This document shows positions 45,544-64,000 of a stretch of 64,000 nt of DNA, piece by piece. The stretch lies in assembly GCF_009914755.1 (NCBI RefSeq), contig NC_060932.1; one strand, given 5' to 3'. The notes under the pieces were generated by a model. The model was not told where the DNA came from, made no database searches, and saw nothing but the letters and a program-made list of their open reading frames with translations. The stretch comes from the human T2T-CHM13v2.0 reference genome, Homo sapiens. Each line of letters opens with the position of its first letter. The first letter of the stretch is position 1. The translations under genes were made by a program, and so were the position numbers.

Positions 45544-46928
45544 TAAAATAATTGTTTCTTAAAGCAATGTCTTAAAGGCTTTCTTAAAGCTTTCCTTGTT
45601 TAGGTGAAACTGATTTATCCATTTAGCAAATACTTACTGAGATTGTGTTAGGTATTATGCTAAGCTCTGAGAATGCAGCACTGATTAGAGTGTTGTGGCA
45701 CCTTCTCAGGGCTCAGTGTATGTAATAAGATACAGCATGTAGTTTAATCTGTGCCATATGGTTCATCATAATGACAGTAACCATATATATTGGTTTGTTC
45801 AAGATGATCCTGGTTTACCTGTTGTCCAGTGTTTTTTTCTGGTTTAGCATTTGTCCTGGACAAAGGTACCTTGGCTGAGATGATAAATAATATAGATACC
45901 CTGATTACAATTTTACTCACATGGCTAACATTTATTGAGTACTAGCTATGGACAAGGCATATTCTTAAGAGGTTATATTTCACAGTAATCTATGAGGTAA
46001 GTGCTGTTATTGTAATTTTCCAGATGAGTAAACTGAGGCAAGTTAAGTAATGAGACTAAGGCAGTAGAGTTGGTGGAACTAGGCTTTGACCCCTGGCAGC
46101 CTGGCTTCAGTGCTTGTCCTCGGAACCAACATAATAGGTTGCCTTTCTTCCAGATAACCTGTCATGTACCAGGAATGCCAAGGACTTTATATGTATCATT
46201 TTATTTAATCATAATATCCCTGTTAAGCAGGTGAATTTTTTTTGTTTTATGGATTAAGAAAGTGAAGCTCACAGGAGTTAAGTAATTTGTCCAGGTCCAC
46301 ACAGTGGTGGATTCAGGAGTGGAACCTTTATGCAGCTCCAGAGTCTATCTCTTAACCACTCTCCAGTAGTTAGGACCAGCTTACGGCTTTGGAGTTACAT
46401 GATTTGGAGTACATAGCTTTAAAGACAGTTTTGTTATAATTTCTAACATTAATTTGTACATAAATAATTTTAAGTCTTAGTTCAAGTATCACCTGCTCAG
46501 TGAGGCCTTATAGTCCCCCAGCATTTCTGGGCCTCCTTACTTTAATCTGCTTTTTTTTTTTTCCATAACCACTTCCTGCCACTATCTACATATCACATAA
46601 TCTAATCATGTGTTGAGTTCATTATGTGTCCCCCCAATAGTTTATAAGCTTCATGATGGCAGAAATTCTTCTATTTTTTAAAACTCTTATACTTTCAATG
46701 CTTGACAAAATGTTTGGCACTTAATGGGAACTCAGTAAATATTTGTTGGTAAGTGAATGAGTTAAATATTAGAATATCTATTATAAAATTAAAATACCTT
46801 TGGCTAATTCCTCAAACCTTACACTTAATTTCTTCTATGATGTACTGTGTAATTTCATCAAGCTGTTTAATTAAAATTTGAGATGAGTTGTATATTTCAT
46901 GGTTTTTTTTTTCCTCTTGCTTTTGTAA

Positions 46929-47075
<147 letters not shown>

Positions 47076-47609
47076 TAAGATATCCTTAGTGGGCTCTTCT
47101 GAAAGAGGTTTGTCTTGTCAGAAAAAAAGATTTATTTGGAATCCTAGTAGTTTTTCTTTCTGGAATCTTACGTAAGTCAATATGGTCTACATATGAAATA
47201 GAACTCATACTGAAAACTTTGTACTTGTTTTATGTGATACTGCATTGGTTATGATTTATGGAACTTATAGAAGAAGGTGTGTATAACATAACTTAAAAAT
47301 TGAAAACTTTGAAAGGAATTTGTGTGTGTGAGAGAGAGAGAGAAGAGAAACTTTTATTTGTTGATTGAAAATGGTGAACTTGCTTATTTAAAAATTAAAG
47401 AAATATGCTTAAAGGGTACAAAATGCTGTTTGGTGAAAGACTATTTTAATTATTGATGATCATGTTGGAATTGTAAAGAAGTTAATACTGTAGCCATACT
47501 AATGCTTTGATTATGGTATGGTATGAAAATATTTGGAAACTTTTTACCACATTTTGGCTTGTTGGTAGGTATACATTTTAAAAAAAGAAAATGTATGAAT
47601 ATGTAAAAA

Positions 47610-49449
<1,840 letters not shown>

Positions 49450-50944
49450 AGTAGTTGTTTGAATTGTCTTAGGAATTATTCTTTGATCATTACATTCACA
49501 TATTATGGAGAGTTAACAGTATAACTGAAAGATGGTGACCTCTGCCTTTTCATTAATTGGTGTTACTTCGGCCTCTGACCTAGGCTGACTTCTCATCTTA
49601 TACATTCCCCGAGTGTCCATATCTGCTCACAGGGCTTTATTTACTGTTAGTGTGTTCATGACTTCTGAATCTGTATCCCCAGTCCCAGGTTCTATTGCGA
49701 ACTTGACCCATATGTCTGATTTTCCATTGGACATCTGTACTTGTATGGTCATGTATGGCATGGGCTCAAAATCAAAATTTGCAAAATTAACTTATACTCT
49801 TGTCAAACTTTCTAGTGCTCCCCATCTCACTGAGCTGGCTGCCTAGTCATCCTTGATTCCTGTCTTCTCCTGTCTCCTATATCAAGCAGTTACACAAGTC
49901 TAGTTGATTCTAATGCATAAATCTCAAGTAAGGTCACTCTGCTGTAATCCCACTGACTTTCTTTTATGAGGCCTCTGTTGTCTGTCAGATTTTTGTAAAA
50001 GCTTCCTAGTGTTTTTGGTGGTTGTTTTGTTTTACAGTCTAGCCCCGTGTATCAAATCTCTATGTTTTCTATATATTTGCATAAAACAAATCTGATCATA
50101 TTAGTCTCTGCTTCAAACCCTTTGATGGCTTCTTTTTTTCTTATATGATAAATTTGCCATCTTAATACTTCTGCTAGATTGGGTTGGTCAATCCTGTCAT
50201 GTGCTTCTAGAGGATTTGTTCTCCTCTTGAAGAGTAGTTTTGAACTTATTCAGCTTCTCTTTTGTACCACAATGACATGCCAACTTGCATCCCGTTGTAT
50301 TTCCACTGCCTAGCACAGTGCGCAGCACTTACTGCTTGGAAAAGTTGTTTTAAACCAACGGGTTAATGTCCCCATTGCAAAAATAAAACCAATTCTCTTG
50401 GGTGTGTTGACTTTAATTTTCATGGAATGCTTCTTCCATTGCCATCTGAAACCATTTGATGCACATGGAATTTTATTAAAGAACAATATATAATTGACTA
50501 ATTTTATACTGCATAAGCATTTAGTTACTGACCTCCTGCCTGATTAATTGTGGCTTTAAAATTCAGTCAAATACATAGTTTCTCACACTGGGAAAAATGT
50601 AAAATTATTTGGCAACTAAGGGTTTTCCTTAAGTGGTCTCATTTAGGAATTATAAAAAACAGGTCTAATATAGGTCAGATTTGGAAATGAGGTATTGACT
50701 TAAAGCACTGTAACATCGTAGTTTGAATAAGTAATTAAGCATAGTGTAGTAATCAGTGATATATAAACTGGACATACTCATTTTATCCAATGAAAACAAT
50801 CTATTGATAGCTCATAGTACAACTATCATACAACACTATGATTTTATAAATTCTTTTCTGTTAGATACTGATGATATTCATGGTTAATTCCATGTGGCTC
50901 TTTCTACCACCATTTATACCTTTCATAAAAGGATTTGAGGTAGC

Positions 50945-51870
50945 GTTACAGTGACTTCTGACACCAGCTACCTGGAGTTGGACCAAACTTCACAGGTTAA
51001 GGGCATAGGCCTCCACAAGACTGCCTTCACTTCAGACTCCAGCTGCAAGTTCAAGGGTCACCAGGACACCTTCAGGTCTGACCATCTGGCTATAAATTTG
51101 GGGGTTTCCCCTATCCCCTCAAGTTCAATAATTCATAAGAATGACTCACAGAACTCAAGAAAGTGCTGTACTTATGGTCACAGTTTTATAGCATAAGTAT
51201 ACAAATTAGAAATAGCCAAAGGTTGAGACACATAGGGTAAGGTCTGGGACGGTCCAAACATTAATTATCTGTTAGTCTCAGGGAGACATTACCCTCCTAG
51301 CACATCAGTATGTGACAGGATACAGAATATTGCCAATCAGCCTCACCTAAGCCTGAGTGTCCAGAGTTTTTACTGGATTTTCCTTATGTAGGAATGATTG
51401 GTTGAATTGTTGCTCCTTGGCTTGATCTCCAGCCCTGCTGTATTCATTCCCCTTAGGCCTGGCTGATGTCACATGGCGCAAAGGCCCAACCCTCAAATCA
51501 CATGGTTGGTTTTTCTGGCATGACCAGCTCCCGTTTTTGTCTTCTCTGTAGCATAAACTCTCTAGGGGTTCACAATGATTCACTTCGTTAGTATAAACTG
51601 TTAGGTATGGTCCAAGGTACCCACTGTGAATAATAAAGACATTCCCATCATCTGGTAAATTTTAAGGTCAAACCCACTAGGGGCTCACAATGATTTACGT
51701 TGTTCGTGTAAACTATTAGGTGTGGTCCAAGGTGTCCACTGTGAATAATAAAGACATTCCCATTGTCTGGAAAATTTTAAGGATTTAGAGGTTACCTCCC
51801 AGAAACTGGAGACAAAGGATTCAATTTTTTTTTTCTTTTTTCTTTTCCAAGCCAATTTTTTAATTACACA
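50945..51870 (-). mobile_element. ERV LTR (MER21-like) with an internal ~115-bp tandem duplication
   Basis: Motifs ACTTCTGACACCAGCTACCTGGAGTT..., CTCCACAAGACTGCC...ACTTCAGAC, AATGACTCACAGAACTCA resemble reverse MER21; repeat units start at 51562 and 51677. Confidence 0.65.
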
Positions 51871-52227
51871 TAGGATGTACATGATTTAGTTCATATAAGC
51901 TAATGAAAAAATGTCTTTAATAAGGAGTTTGTCAGAATACTAGTAATATTAAATTAAGAGAAAGTCACCTGAAAGTGATCTATAAAAGATCTTTTATCTC
52001 CCTAAACTGTTTCTAGGCATAATGTTTGTGTTTATTTCATTAAAAGAAATTCTTACTAACTTATTATTGTTTAACAACCATTACTGGTATTATTAACAAT
52101 AATCAATATTGTTGAAATACTTATATTAATCATTTAAATGCTCCCATTAATCTTTTAAAAATGTTTTGATACAAATGTGTCAAGGTCTTAAAACATGTAG
52201 TTTCTCCCCACCACCCAGTTTTTTTAA

Positions 52228-55232
<3,005 letters not shown>

Positions 55233-55389
55233 TTATTTTGTTTAGAAATGATAATTTTTTAATACTATAGTATTATGTGTATAGTAGGACTAAAAAAGGG
55301 ATGAAGCTTCAGATCTGAATACTCATCTAATGTCTATGCTTCTTGACATAGTATTTTATTATTGAAGGTTTGAAAAGTATATAATTTGA

Positions 55390-55745
55390 TTTTTGATAGC
55401 TTTGTTGAGATATAATTTACACACCATAACATTTACCTATTTAAAGTGTACAATTCAATGGTTTTTAGTATATTTACAAGTTGTACAGTCATCATTGTCA
55501 TCATCCCTAAATGTAATTTGATTTTTAAATTTTGTGTAAGGAAATACTACTCAAATTCGAAGTTTTTCTTCAAAAATTAACATCCATTTACAGAGTTTCT
55601 GTTTGGGATGATGAAAAAATTCTGGAAATGGATAGTGATGATGGTTGTACAACATTGTAAATGTACTTAATGCCACTGAATTGAATGCTTAAAATGATTA
55701 AAATGGTAGGTTTTATATTATATACATTTTACCACAATAAAAATT
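55390..55745. mobile_element. L1M 3' end fragments in both orientations
   Basis: TTGAGATATAATTTACAC...AAAGTGTACAATTCAATGG (reverse) and TCTGGAAATGGATAGTGATGATGGTTGTACAAC (forward). Confidence 0.7.
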
Positions 55746-56452
55746 AATATCCATTTTTATGAAATCAGAAGTGGTTTAACTTTAGAAGTTTTTAGGAATT
55801 TCATCCTATCTGAATGCTCTTTGATACAAAAAGAAAATTAAAAAAAAAAAAAGAAATGTGATTCTAAGCAACACATGGCCCTAATAATTTTTTCTCAGAA
55901 ACATGTTATATTAAAGATATTCTTGTATGCTAAAAAAAATCATGTTATTAGTTTTCCTAGACTGAAAATGATGCATTAAAATTGTTGTTGGTATTTATTT
56001 TTATAGAAATTAGTGTATAATTAAGTGAAGATGTAAAGATAATTAGTTTTTCTTTAATTTTGCTGTTCTTGAGAAAGCAAGATGCCAAACAATGCTGGAC
56101 TACTTGTCTTAACTGGAGGAAAAAGTGAATATAATGCACACATGCATATAAATATGTATATGATAATATAAAAGTATCTGTTTATAGGTGCATTAAAAAA
56201 TTATCTGCATGGAGACAAGAAATAACAATGTTTGTTGTTCTGGACAGGAGAACAGGGTGGCTAGGGCTCATGGATGAGAATGATATTTTTGATAATATTT
56301 TTGATTATCTGAATGTATTATCTATTGAGACATTTTAAGTAAAAAACTTACCCTAATCCTACTCTTGGAATAAGCATAATTCTGTTCCTTCTTACTGTGC
56401 TTTGTTACAGGAAGTAGAACTTTGAGATTGGTTTGAAAATGAATTATACTAA

Positions 56453-56647
<195 letters not shown>

Positions 56648-57287
56648 TAGTCATATGTGTTAATTTTTAGGTTTTCAGTGGTACTAGCAAAGTAGTAGTA
56701 TAGTCAAAGTTAAGTGGCATATATGACATTGGTAGAGAAAAAAATATTGCTGAGAACCGGTGCCATAGAATGATACAGACTTTTGACCTTTTGACTAAGG
56801 CAGTGGATTCTAATTTTAAGTGAGATCGTTAATTATGGTTTTTCATGTTTTCTGTAAAGTTGTCATGGTTTGAAGTAGTCCAATCATGGTTTCCCACTCT
56901 TCTACACCCCCCAACTATGTATTAAAATGACATATGGAGTTCTAGTTGCTAATTATTTTCCTATGAGCCAAGCTTATAAAATTACATTTAATTATTTAGC
57001 CACTAAAGCTTTTGTTTTATGATCTCATGTTTTACTTAGCAGAACTCTTGAGTATTTTTGTTAAATTATATAATGGCCAAAGTAAGGTTTATTGTAAGTT
57101 TTAAATTTAGGTTATAAAATTATTTTAAACAATTATGATATTTGTTGTCATCTCAAAATATTCTTTAGTTTTTTACTGCTTTATGTTTGTTCCAAGTGTA
57201 CAAATGTCTCTTATTCTGATTTACACATGGAGAGAATGAACTTTGACTTAATACACTTTGTCAATGGTTTGTTTCCCTTGACTTTAG

Positions 57288-57311
57288 GGCATTACACAAG
57301 GGAAAAGAAAG
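57288..57311 (+). CDS. CSPP1: CSPP1 24-nt micro-exon (GITQGKRK)
   Basis: TTTCCCTTGACTTTAG acceptor, AAG|GTAGG donor; frame-preserving. Confidence 0.8.
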
Positions 57312-58741
57312 GTAGGGTTGTCTGCAATACGTCCTCCTTCAGTTTTTTCTTTCTTTTTTTTTTTTTTTACGATCTAGAAGGTTGCAATCATTTGCATTTA
57401 TGAGATTCAAACCAATTAGGAAAACGGGTTCATTTGTGATTTTGAGATGTTTGAATGGCACCATTTTGTATTCTTGCTTTTAGCAGATGACAGCATACAC
57501 ATTATAATTTTCCGTTAATATAGTCATTACTTTTGATTCCTGCTTTGCATTTGTGTTTATTGCTTTCTTATGCATTCTTTTTGAATATTCTGCAGTTAAG
57601 TCTGTTTTCAGCATGCAATTTTTTATTTCTCAAATTACACTAATCACAGTAAGATTAATAGAGTAGTAGAATATCCAAGATATTTGAACTACATGTTGTG
57701 AGAATTTGGATTACTCTGTTTTTCCACCAAAATCTATAGATTGCATTGTCCATTTATATTGGAAAACAAAGAGAAACAGTTTATGGTTTTACAAAACTGG
57801 TTTTAAAAGGAATCTCACAGATTCACCATTCAACTAACATATTTTAAACACTTATTATGAAGATATATCAGGTATGCATCCTGTCTTCAAGAGGCTTAGA
57901 ATTTAGTTGTAGAGATAGCATTCATACGATTCAGAAAGTGGTAACTACAAGAAGGATATAATGATCAAGATAGTCCTCATAGTGGGAATTTCTATTTTGT
58001 GAGGCAATCTAGATTTGGGTGATCTGGAGAGAGAATCGAAGCGAGAAAGCTTTTCAGATGGAAAGCATAGAGTAAAGGAGGACCTAGAGGGTAGACTTTA
58101 GCTTTGTATGAATGAGGCATATTAGGTTTACCAGCCTGACTGGGTCAGAGTATCATTCTTTTTGAGAGTAGTAAGAAATAATGATGTATATAGGATAGGA
58201 TCAAATTAGAAGGCAGTGGATTTTTAACTTGTTATATGTAATAGTCAGTGATGAGCATCATACTTTCTTAAATAGCTTGTGAAGAGCATGGTAACTGTGT
58301 TTTAGGACAGTTAGTTCTGCATGTAGAGACTCTCATTGTGTTAAATTGCTGCCCAACTTCTTAACTGATTTCCTCGCGCTAATTTTCACTTCACCCTCCA
58401 AGCTATTTTCCAGAATGATTCAGTCCCTAACTTATTTAAATATGTCAGTATCCTCTAACTGCCTCCAGGATAAAAATTCAAATTCCTTAGCATGGCACAT
58501 GTCTTTCGTGTTCCAGCCTGACTCCCTGGGCTTATACCTCATTATCTTCCCCTTCCCTACTTTTTCTTATTGGGTGGAGTTTTCCTCTGGTATCAGATAT
58601 CTACCATTTTCTCTTGTAGGTTTTGCATTACTCCCTAGGTAAGATTTTTAAAAAGGATAGTGGTGGGGGACATGAGAAGAAATTGCCGTCATGAAAGTAC
58701 AAATCTTTAAATTCAAAGGGATGTGAAGGAGTTTTTTAAGA

Positions 58742-59436
<695 letters not shown>

Positions 59437-60269
59437 TCACATTTGAGAAGGTGGGACTGGAAGGGAAAGCAAGAGAAAAAGAAAACTACACAGACTATAG
59501 GGAGCTGGCTGCAGCTTCCTGGACCCCCTGAAATATGTATGGTTTCCAAGTCCCACTCATATCTCTTGTGGCTTCCAGACTTGGATTGCATGGATATTTG
59601 AGTTTTTAAAAAAAATCAAATCTTTTAATTTTGTCAAGAAGAGTTATTAAAACAAACAACTACCATCTTTTTTCGTGTTTTAATTAATTTTTTTTTCCTG
59701 TGCCCTTCCTGCCCAGAGATGGTTTCCTGTTTTTAGAATAAAAGATGCTTGACCATCTAAACACAGAAAAGACATGTTCTCAGGGGAACAGTTTTTAAAT
59801 TGAGTCAGTTAATTAATATCCCCAGCCCAGACCTCCATCCTGAACTTCAGAGTTTTCTAGCTGGCTGCATAATTCACATTTTCACTTTGAAATCTACCTG
59901 ATATCTTATGTAGACCATGTCCAAAAGAGAATTCTTGATTTCTGTTCTTCCCACCCTCATGGCTGATAAACCTGCACTATCCGTAGCCTGTCCTTTTAAT
60001 TTCCTTTTTGTCACAGTAATTATTACCTTCTAGCATGCTGTATAATTACTCCTCATTATGTTTATTATTTCTTTTTCATTTTCCCCAGCTTGAATGTATG
60101 CTTTTGGAGGACAGGAATCTTTATCTGTTTTTTTCAGTCCCAAATGTATCAGAAAGTTTGGGCACATGGTAGGCACTCAGTATTTATTGAATGAATGAAT
60201 GAATGAATGATTAAAATTTAGCTTTTTGAAAAAACTCACTATGTTGTTCTTTTTTTAAGAATTAAAGTT

Positions 60270-63210
60270 TTTTTGGTAGAGACAGGGTAATAAAAAAAAG
60301 TTTTTTTTTTGTTTTTTTTTTTAAATACTCAAGCTGGTCTTGAACTCTTGGGCTCAAGTGTCCCTCCTGCCTTGGCCTCCCAAAGTGCTGGGATTACAGA
60401 CATGAGCCACCACTCCCTGCCTATGTTGTTGTTATTGTTTATTCTTTTCATTTTATTGAAAATTTCAAACATCATTCTTGACCCATGTTTGGAATGGGAA
60501 ATTGCCCAGTGAAGGAGTGAGGATGTTAAATCTATCTTCCTGGTTGGAACTATGAATGGGTTTTTCATGCATTTATAACTCTACAAAATAATTAGGTTTA
60601 TAGTGTACTTCAGTATATAGGAGGTAAAATCACTCAGGGATCTGGTCATGTGTCTTATTTTTTCCTTGTCAGGTAAGTTTAGAGTTCCATACAGCCAACT
60701 TTCAAATTAGCTTTTGTAGCACAACTCATTTGTAAATTCAGATTTAATGACACTTTATTTATTTATTTTTGAGACAGATTCTCACTCTGTCACCCAGGCT
60801 AGAGTGCGGTGGTGCTGATCTTGGCTTGCTGCAACCTCCGCTTTTTGGGTTCAGGTGATTCTCCTGCCTCAGCCTCCCAAGTAGCTGGGACTACAGGTGC
60901 GCGGCCCCAAGCCCGGCTAATTTTTTGTGTTTTTAGTAGAGGGGGTTTCGCCTTGTTGCCCAGGCTGGTCCGAACTCCTGAGCTCAAGTGATCTGCCTGC
61001 CTCAACCTCCCAACCTGCTAGGATTACAGGTATGAGCCACCCTGCCTGGCCAGATTTAATGAAACTTTATTAATCACTTAGTTTTGCTAATTACTATCTT
61101 TCCATAATGTTTTGAATACAACGCTATTGTAGTTAATACGTTGTTTTGCGGTTATTTGCTTACATGTCTGTTTCTGCTACTGAATTGTAAATCCCTTGAA
61201 TATAGGGAAAATATATTTGTATCCCTACCATCTGAAAATAGTACCTGCATAGTATTAGATGGTTGCTAATTGCTTGTTTAATGAATAAATAAAAGGCATG
61301 GAATTAGGCAGGTTGACAATTATTGATTGATTTTATCCTTATAACCTAGTGATGTGTAGATGGCATTATTTCTGTTTTATAGACAAGGAAACTGAAATGA
61401 AGTGAAGTAAATTATTCCAAAGTATTTGACTGCTAAGTAACAGTACCAGAAAGTTGGAGATCATATGTATTTTTTTACCAATTGGGGATCATGTGTATTT
61501 TTTTTTTCCAGTTCTTTGTATTTGCTTTACAGCTTTCAAAGCGATTTTATATTTTTTGTCCTCCTTCATCCTTATACCAGCTTTGGTAGGTAGGCAGAGC
61601 AGGTACTATTCTCATTTTGCAGAAGAAGAAAGTGTCTGTCAGAAAAGTTAAGTGACTTCCCCATTGTTACACAACTGATAAGTGCTTGGGCTAGTTGTAG
61701 ATCCTAGGTCTTTTGACTGCTAGTCTAATGCTGCCTCTACTACACTGCATTACTTAAATGCTTAATGAACAAGATTGGAGGAACACATAAACAACATTCA
61801 TAGTTTATATCTATTGGCATTTCAGTAGATATTCACTCACATAATTATAGGAAAAATAGAAAAAAAACTTGTGGCATGCATTAAGATATTTGTGAGGAAG
61901 TTTAAATTTGCCTTGAGAACAAAAAGACAGTAGAGCACTGATAATGAAGAGTACATGCTTAGAAGACGAAATTGGGAAATTTTTTTTCATGCTTCTAATC
62001 ATCTTGAATCAATAGACGTATATATTGCACATGAAAATTAAGGCCTGATTTTCCCTTTCAGGGAGTTGTTGATTGGAAGAAAATTCTCTTTTTTCCAAAT
62101 GCTTTTGGTATGGTCTATATAGATTTGTAGTTTCTGTCTTCATTCCATTTCATTCATTTGCTCTGCATAATATAATACTAGTTTAGAATATAGAATGCAA
62201 AGACACATTTATGCAACATATTTTATAAAGGCAATTAGGTAATATATTTTTTTAATGTGTATATATACAGAAAAATTTTCTATCTACGAGTGAAACAGAT
62301 CCATCTACTTTGGGAGTTTCTCTTCCTATTGGTGAGAGGTTATCTGCTAAGGTAGGTGGATAGGAGTAGTTATTGTGGGTACCAGTTTTCCGAGGCATCA
62401 AAATCATTAAAGAACATACTGCTGATTTAAATGCAAATGGAAGATCACATCATTTCCCCACACTTGAATATATTTCTATTTCAAAAATCCGTGGAGTCAT
62501 ATTTATGCTGTTTAAAAAAATTTTCTTGAACACAACATTTGTAACCATATAATTTTATATTTCTTTAATATGTTGATTCTTTTGCTGTATTCAGTTATAC
62601 TTAACTGAATATTCAGAATTCATTTTTTTCAGCATTGATTTCTGACTATAAAGTTTATGCTATGTAACACAGTTATTGGAATAAGTGGATGTGAAATTAT
62701 AGTGAGCTTTTATATAGGGTGAGGGTAAGGGTTCTTTGAATGTGTGATTCTGACACTCCATTAATACACGTCCATATTCCTTAGAGATGAAAGTAATAAA
62801 GCACTGTACACCTCTTGTAGTGACTCAGGTCTCACCAGAGTATATCAGAGATCATGAAATAGTATATAAGACAAAATGGACAGTTAATAAATTTCAAAAG
62901 ACAGACCTAGTTTCTTTTTTTTTGAGACGAAGTATCACCCCGTTGCCCAGGCTGGAGGGCAGTGGCGGGGTCTTGGCTCACTGCAACCTCCACCTCCCCA
63001 GTTCAAGCGATTCTCCTGCATCAGCCTCCTGAGTAGCTGGAGGCAGGATTACAGGCCCCTGCCACCAAGCCCCGCTAATTTTTTGTGTTTTTAGTAGAGA
63101 TGGTGTTTCACAATGTAGGCCAGGCTGGTCTCGAGCTCCTGACCTCGTGATCCACCCGCCTCAGCCTCCCAAAGTACTGGCATTACAGGCGTGAGCCACC
63201 GCTCCCAGCT
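60270..63210 (-). mobile_element. Minus-strand Alus: about 60270-60422 (monomer), 60752-61052, 62911-63210
   Basis: Alu consensus; TSDs CAGATTTAATGA and GACCTAGTTTCTTT. Confidence 0.87.
62271..62351 (+). CDS. CSPP1: CSPP1 81-nt exon (KNFLSTSETDPSTLGVSLPIGERLSAK)
   Basis: TACAG acceptor, AAG|GTAGGT donor; frame-preserving; the gene continues beyond the window. Confidence 0.88.
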
Positions 63211-64000
63211 GACCTAGTTTCTTTAGTACTTTTTTAGATTGTGTTGTTTTAGCGACACGGGAGTATTAAAATTTAAGAACATTTTTTAATCATATATTTA
63301 TGTTTTAACAGAACATTTCATTATAATATTTTATAATCTGTGATAATTTTTCTTTTTAAGTTTAAAATATAAAGGATCATTTTTTAACCTTGGAAAGCAA
63401 ATGGTTAGCAGCAGGTGCTTCAGGGGAGTGGGTTGGGCATTAGGAGAGGGAGGTGTCCCTGAGAAGGAAAGAAGGAAGGTAACCCCATCATATCTCTTTG
63501 GAAACATGCTAATGACAGATCTCCTGGCAAACACAATCATCATATTTACTAGTGGGAGAGATTTATCTCTGAATGCTTTTGGCAGAATACACCTGGTTTG
63601 TCTAGGATTGCTGTTGGGAATCAAACCTGGAATCTATGGATTTATGTGGCATGGCTCTTTGGAAAATGTCATCTAAGCTCTGTTAACTATTGGAGTGTAA
63701 AATGGAGATGTTTCATGAACGAAGCAACTCCCTTCTGTTAGAGACCTCATGTATTAATGGACCAAAGCATGTAGTCATGCATATTCTCATGTGACAAGAA
63801 AGACCTGGGGAGCTGTATGTGTGTCCTCAAACCTCTTCCGACTTCTCCCATGCCTTTCAGTGACATCTGTCCTTGAAATTATTAGTAAAGCTTGATTCTG
63901 GGTAAGAGTTCTGATATGTATGATTCAGATTTGACATTCTGATAGGACATTGAGGGATTTTTTTTTCCTGAAGTTGAATTTTAACATTGCCTTTTGATTT

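Noticed and set aside
63331-63676. Opposing 97-aa and 91-aa ORFs near the window end
   Set aside because: No recognisable CSPP1 peptide or domain and no convincing splice boundaries

Overview
Primate (human-like) genomic DNA, very Alu-rich. It holds the complete COPS5 (CSN5/JAB1) gene on the minus strand: 8 coding exons, 334 aa, ATG at 32462, stop at 13714, AATAAA at 13576-13581. The 5' part of CSPP1 runs divergently on the plus strand from a CpG island at about 34.7-35.7 kb (6 coding exons seen, including a 24-nt micro-exon). The most notable unexplained signal lies in the apparently intergenic 1.3-9.6 kb segment: seven plus-strand exon-like blocks with splice signals and largely compatible phases. 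Their decayed translation resembles a CRAL-TRIO/Sec14-type lipid-binding protein with a C-terminal hydrophobic anchor, and it ends in stop + AATAAA. I read this as a candidate unitary (lost-gene) pseudogene lying tail-to-tail with COPS5. Other points of interest are a uORF plus splice donor in the COPS5 leader, a candidate upstream CSPP1 first exon, an RFX X-box cluster, an Alu monomer abutting a COPS5 donor, close inverted Alu pairs and local tandem duplications. Gene identities come from my recognition of the protein sequences; no database searches were run, and repeat boundaries and subfamilies are approximate.
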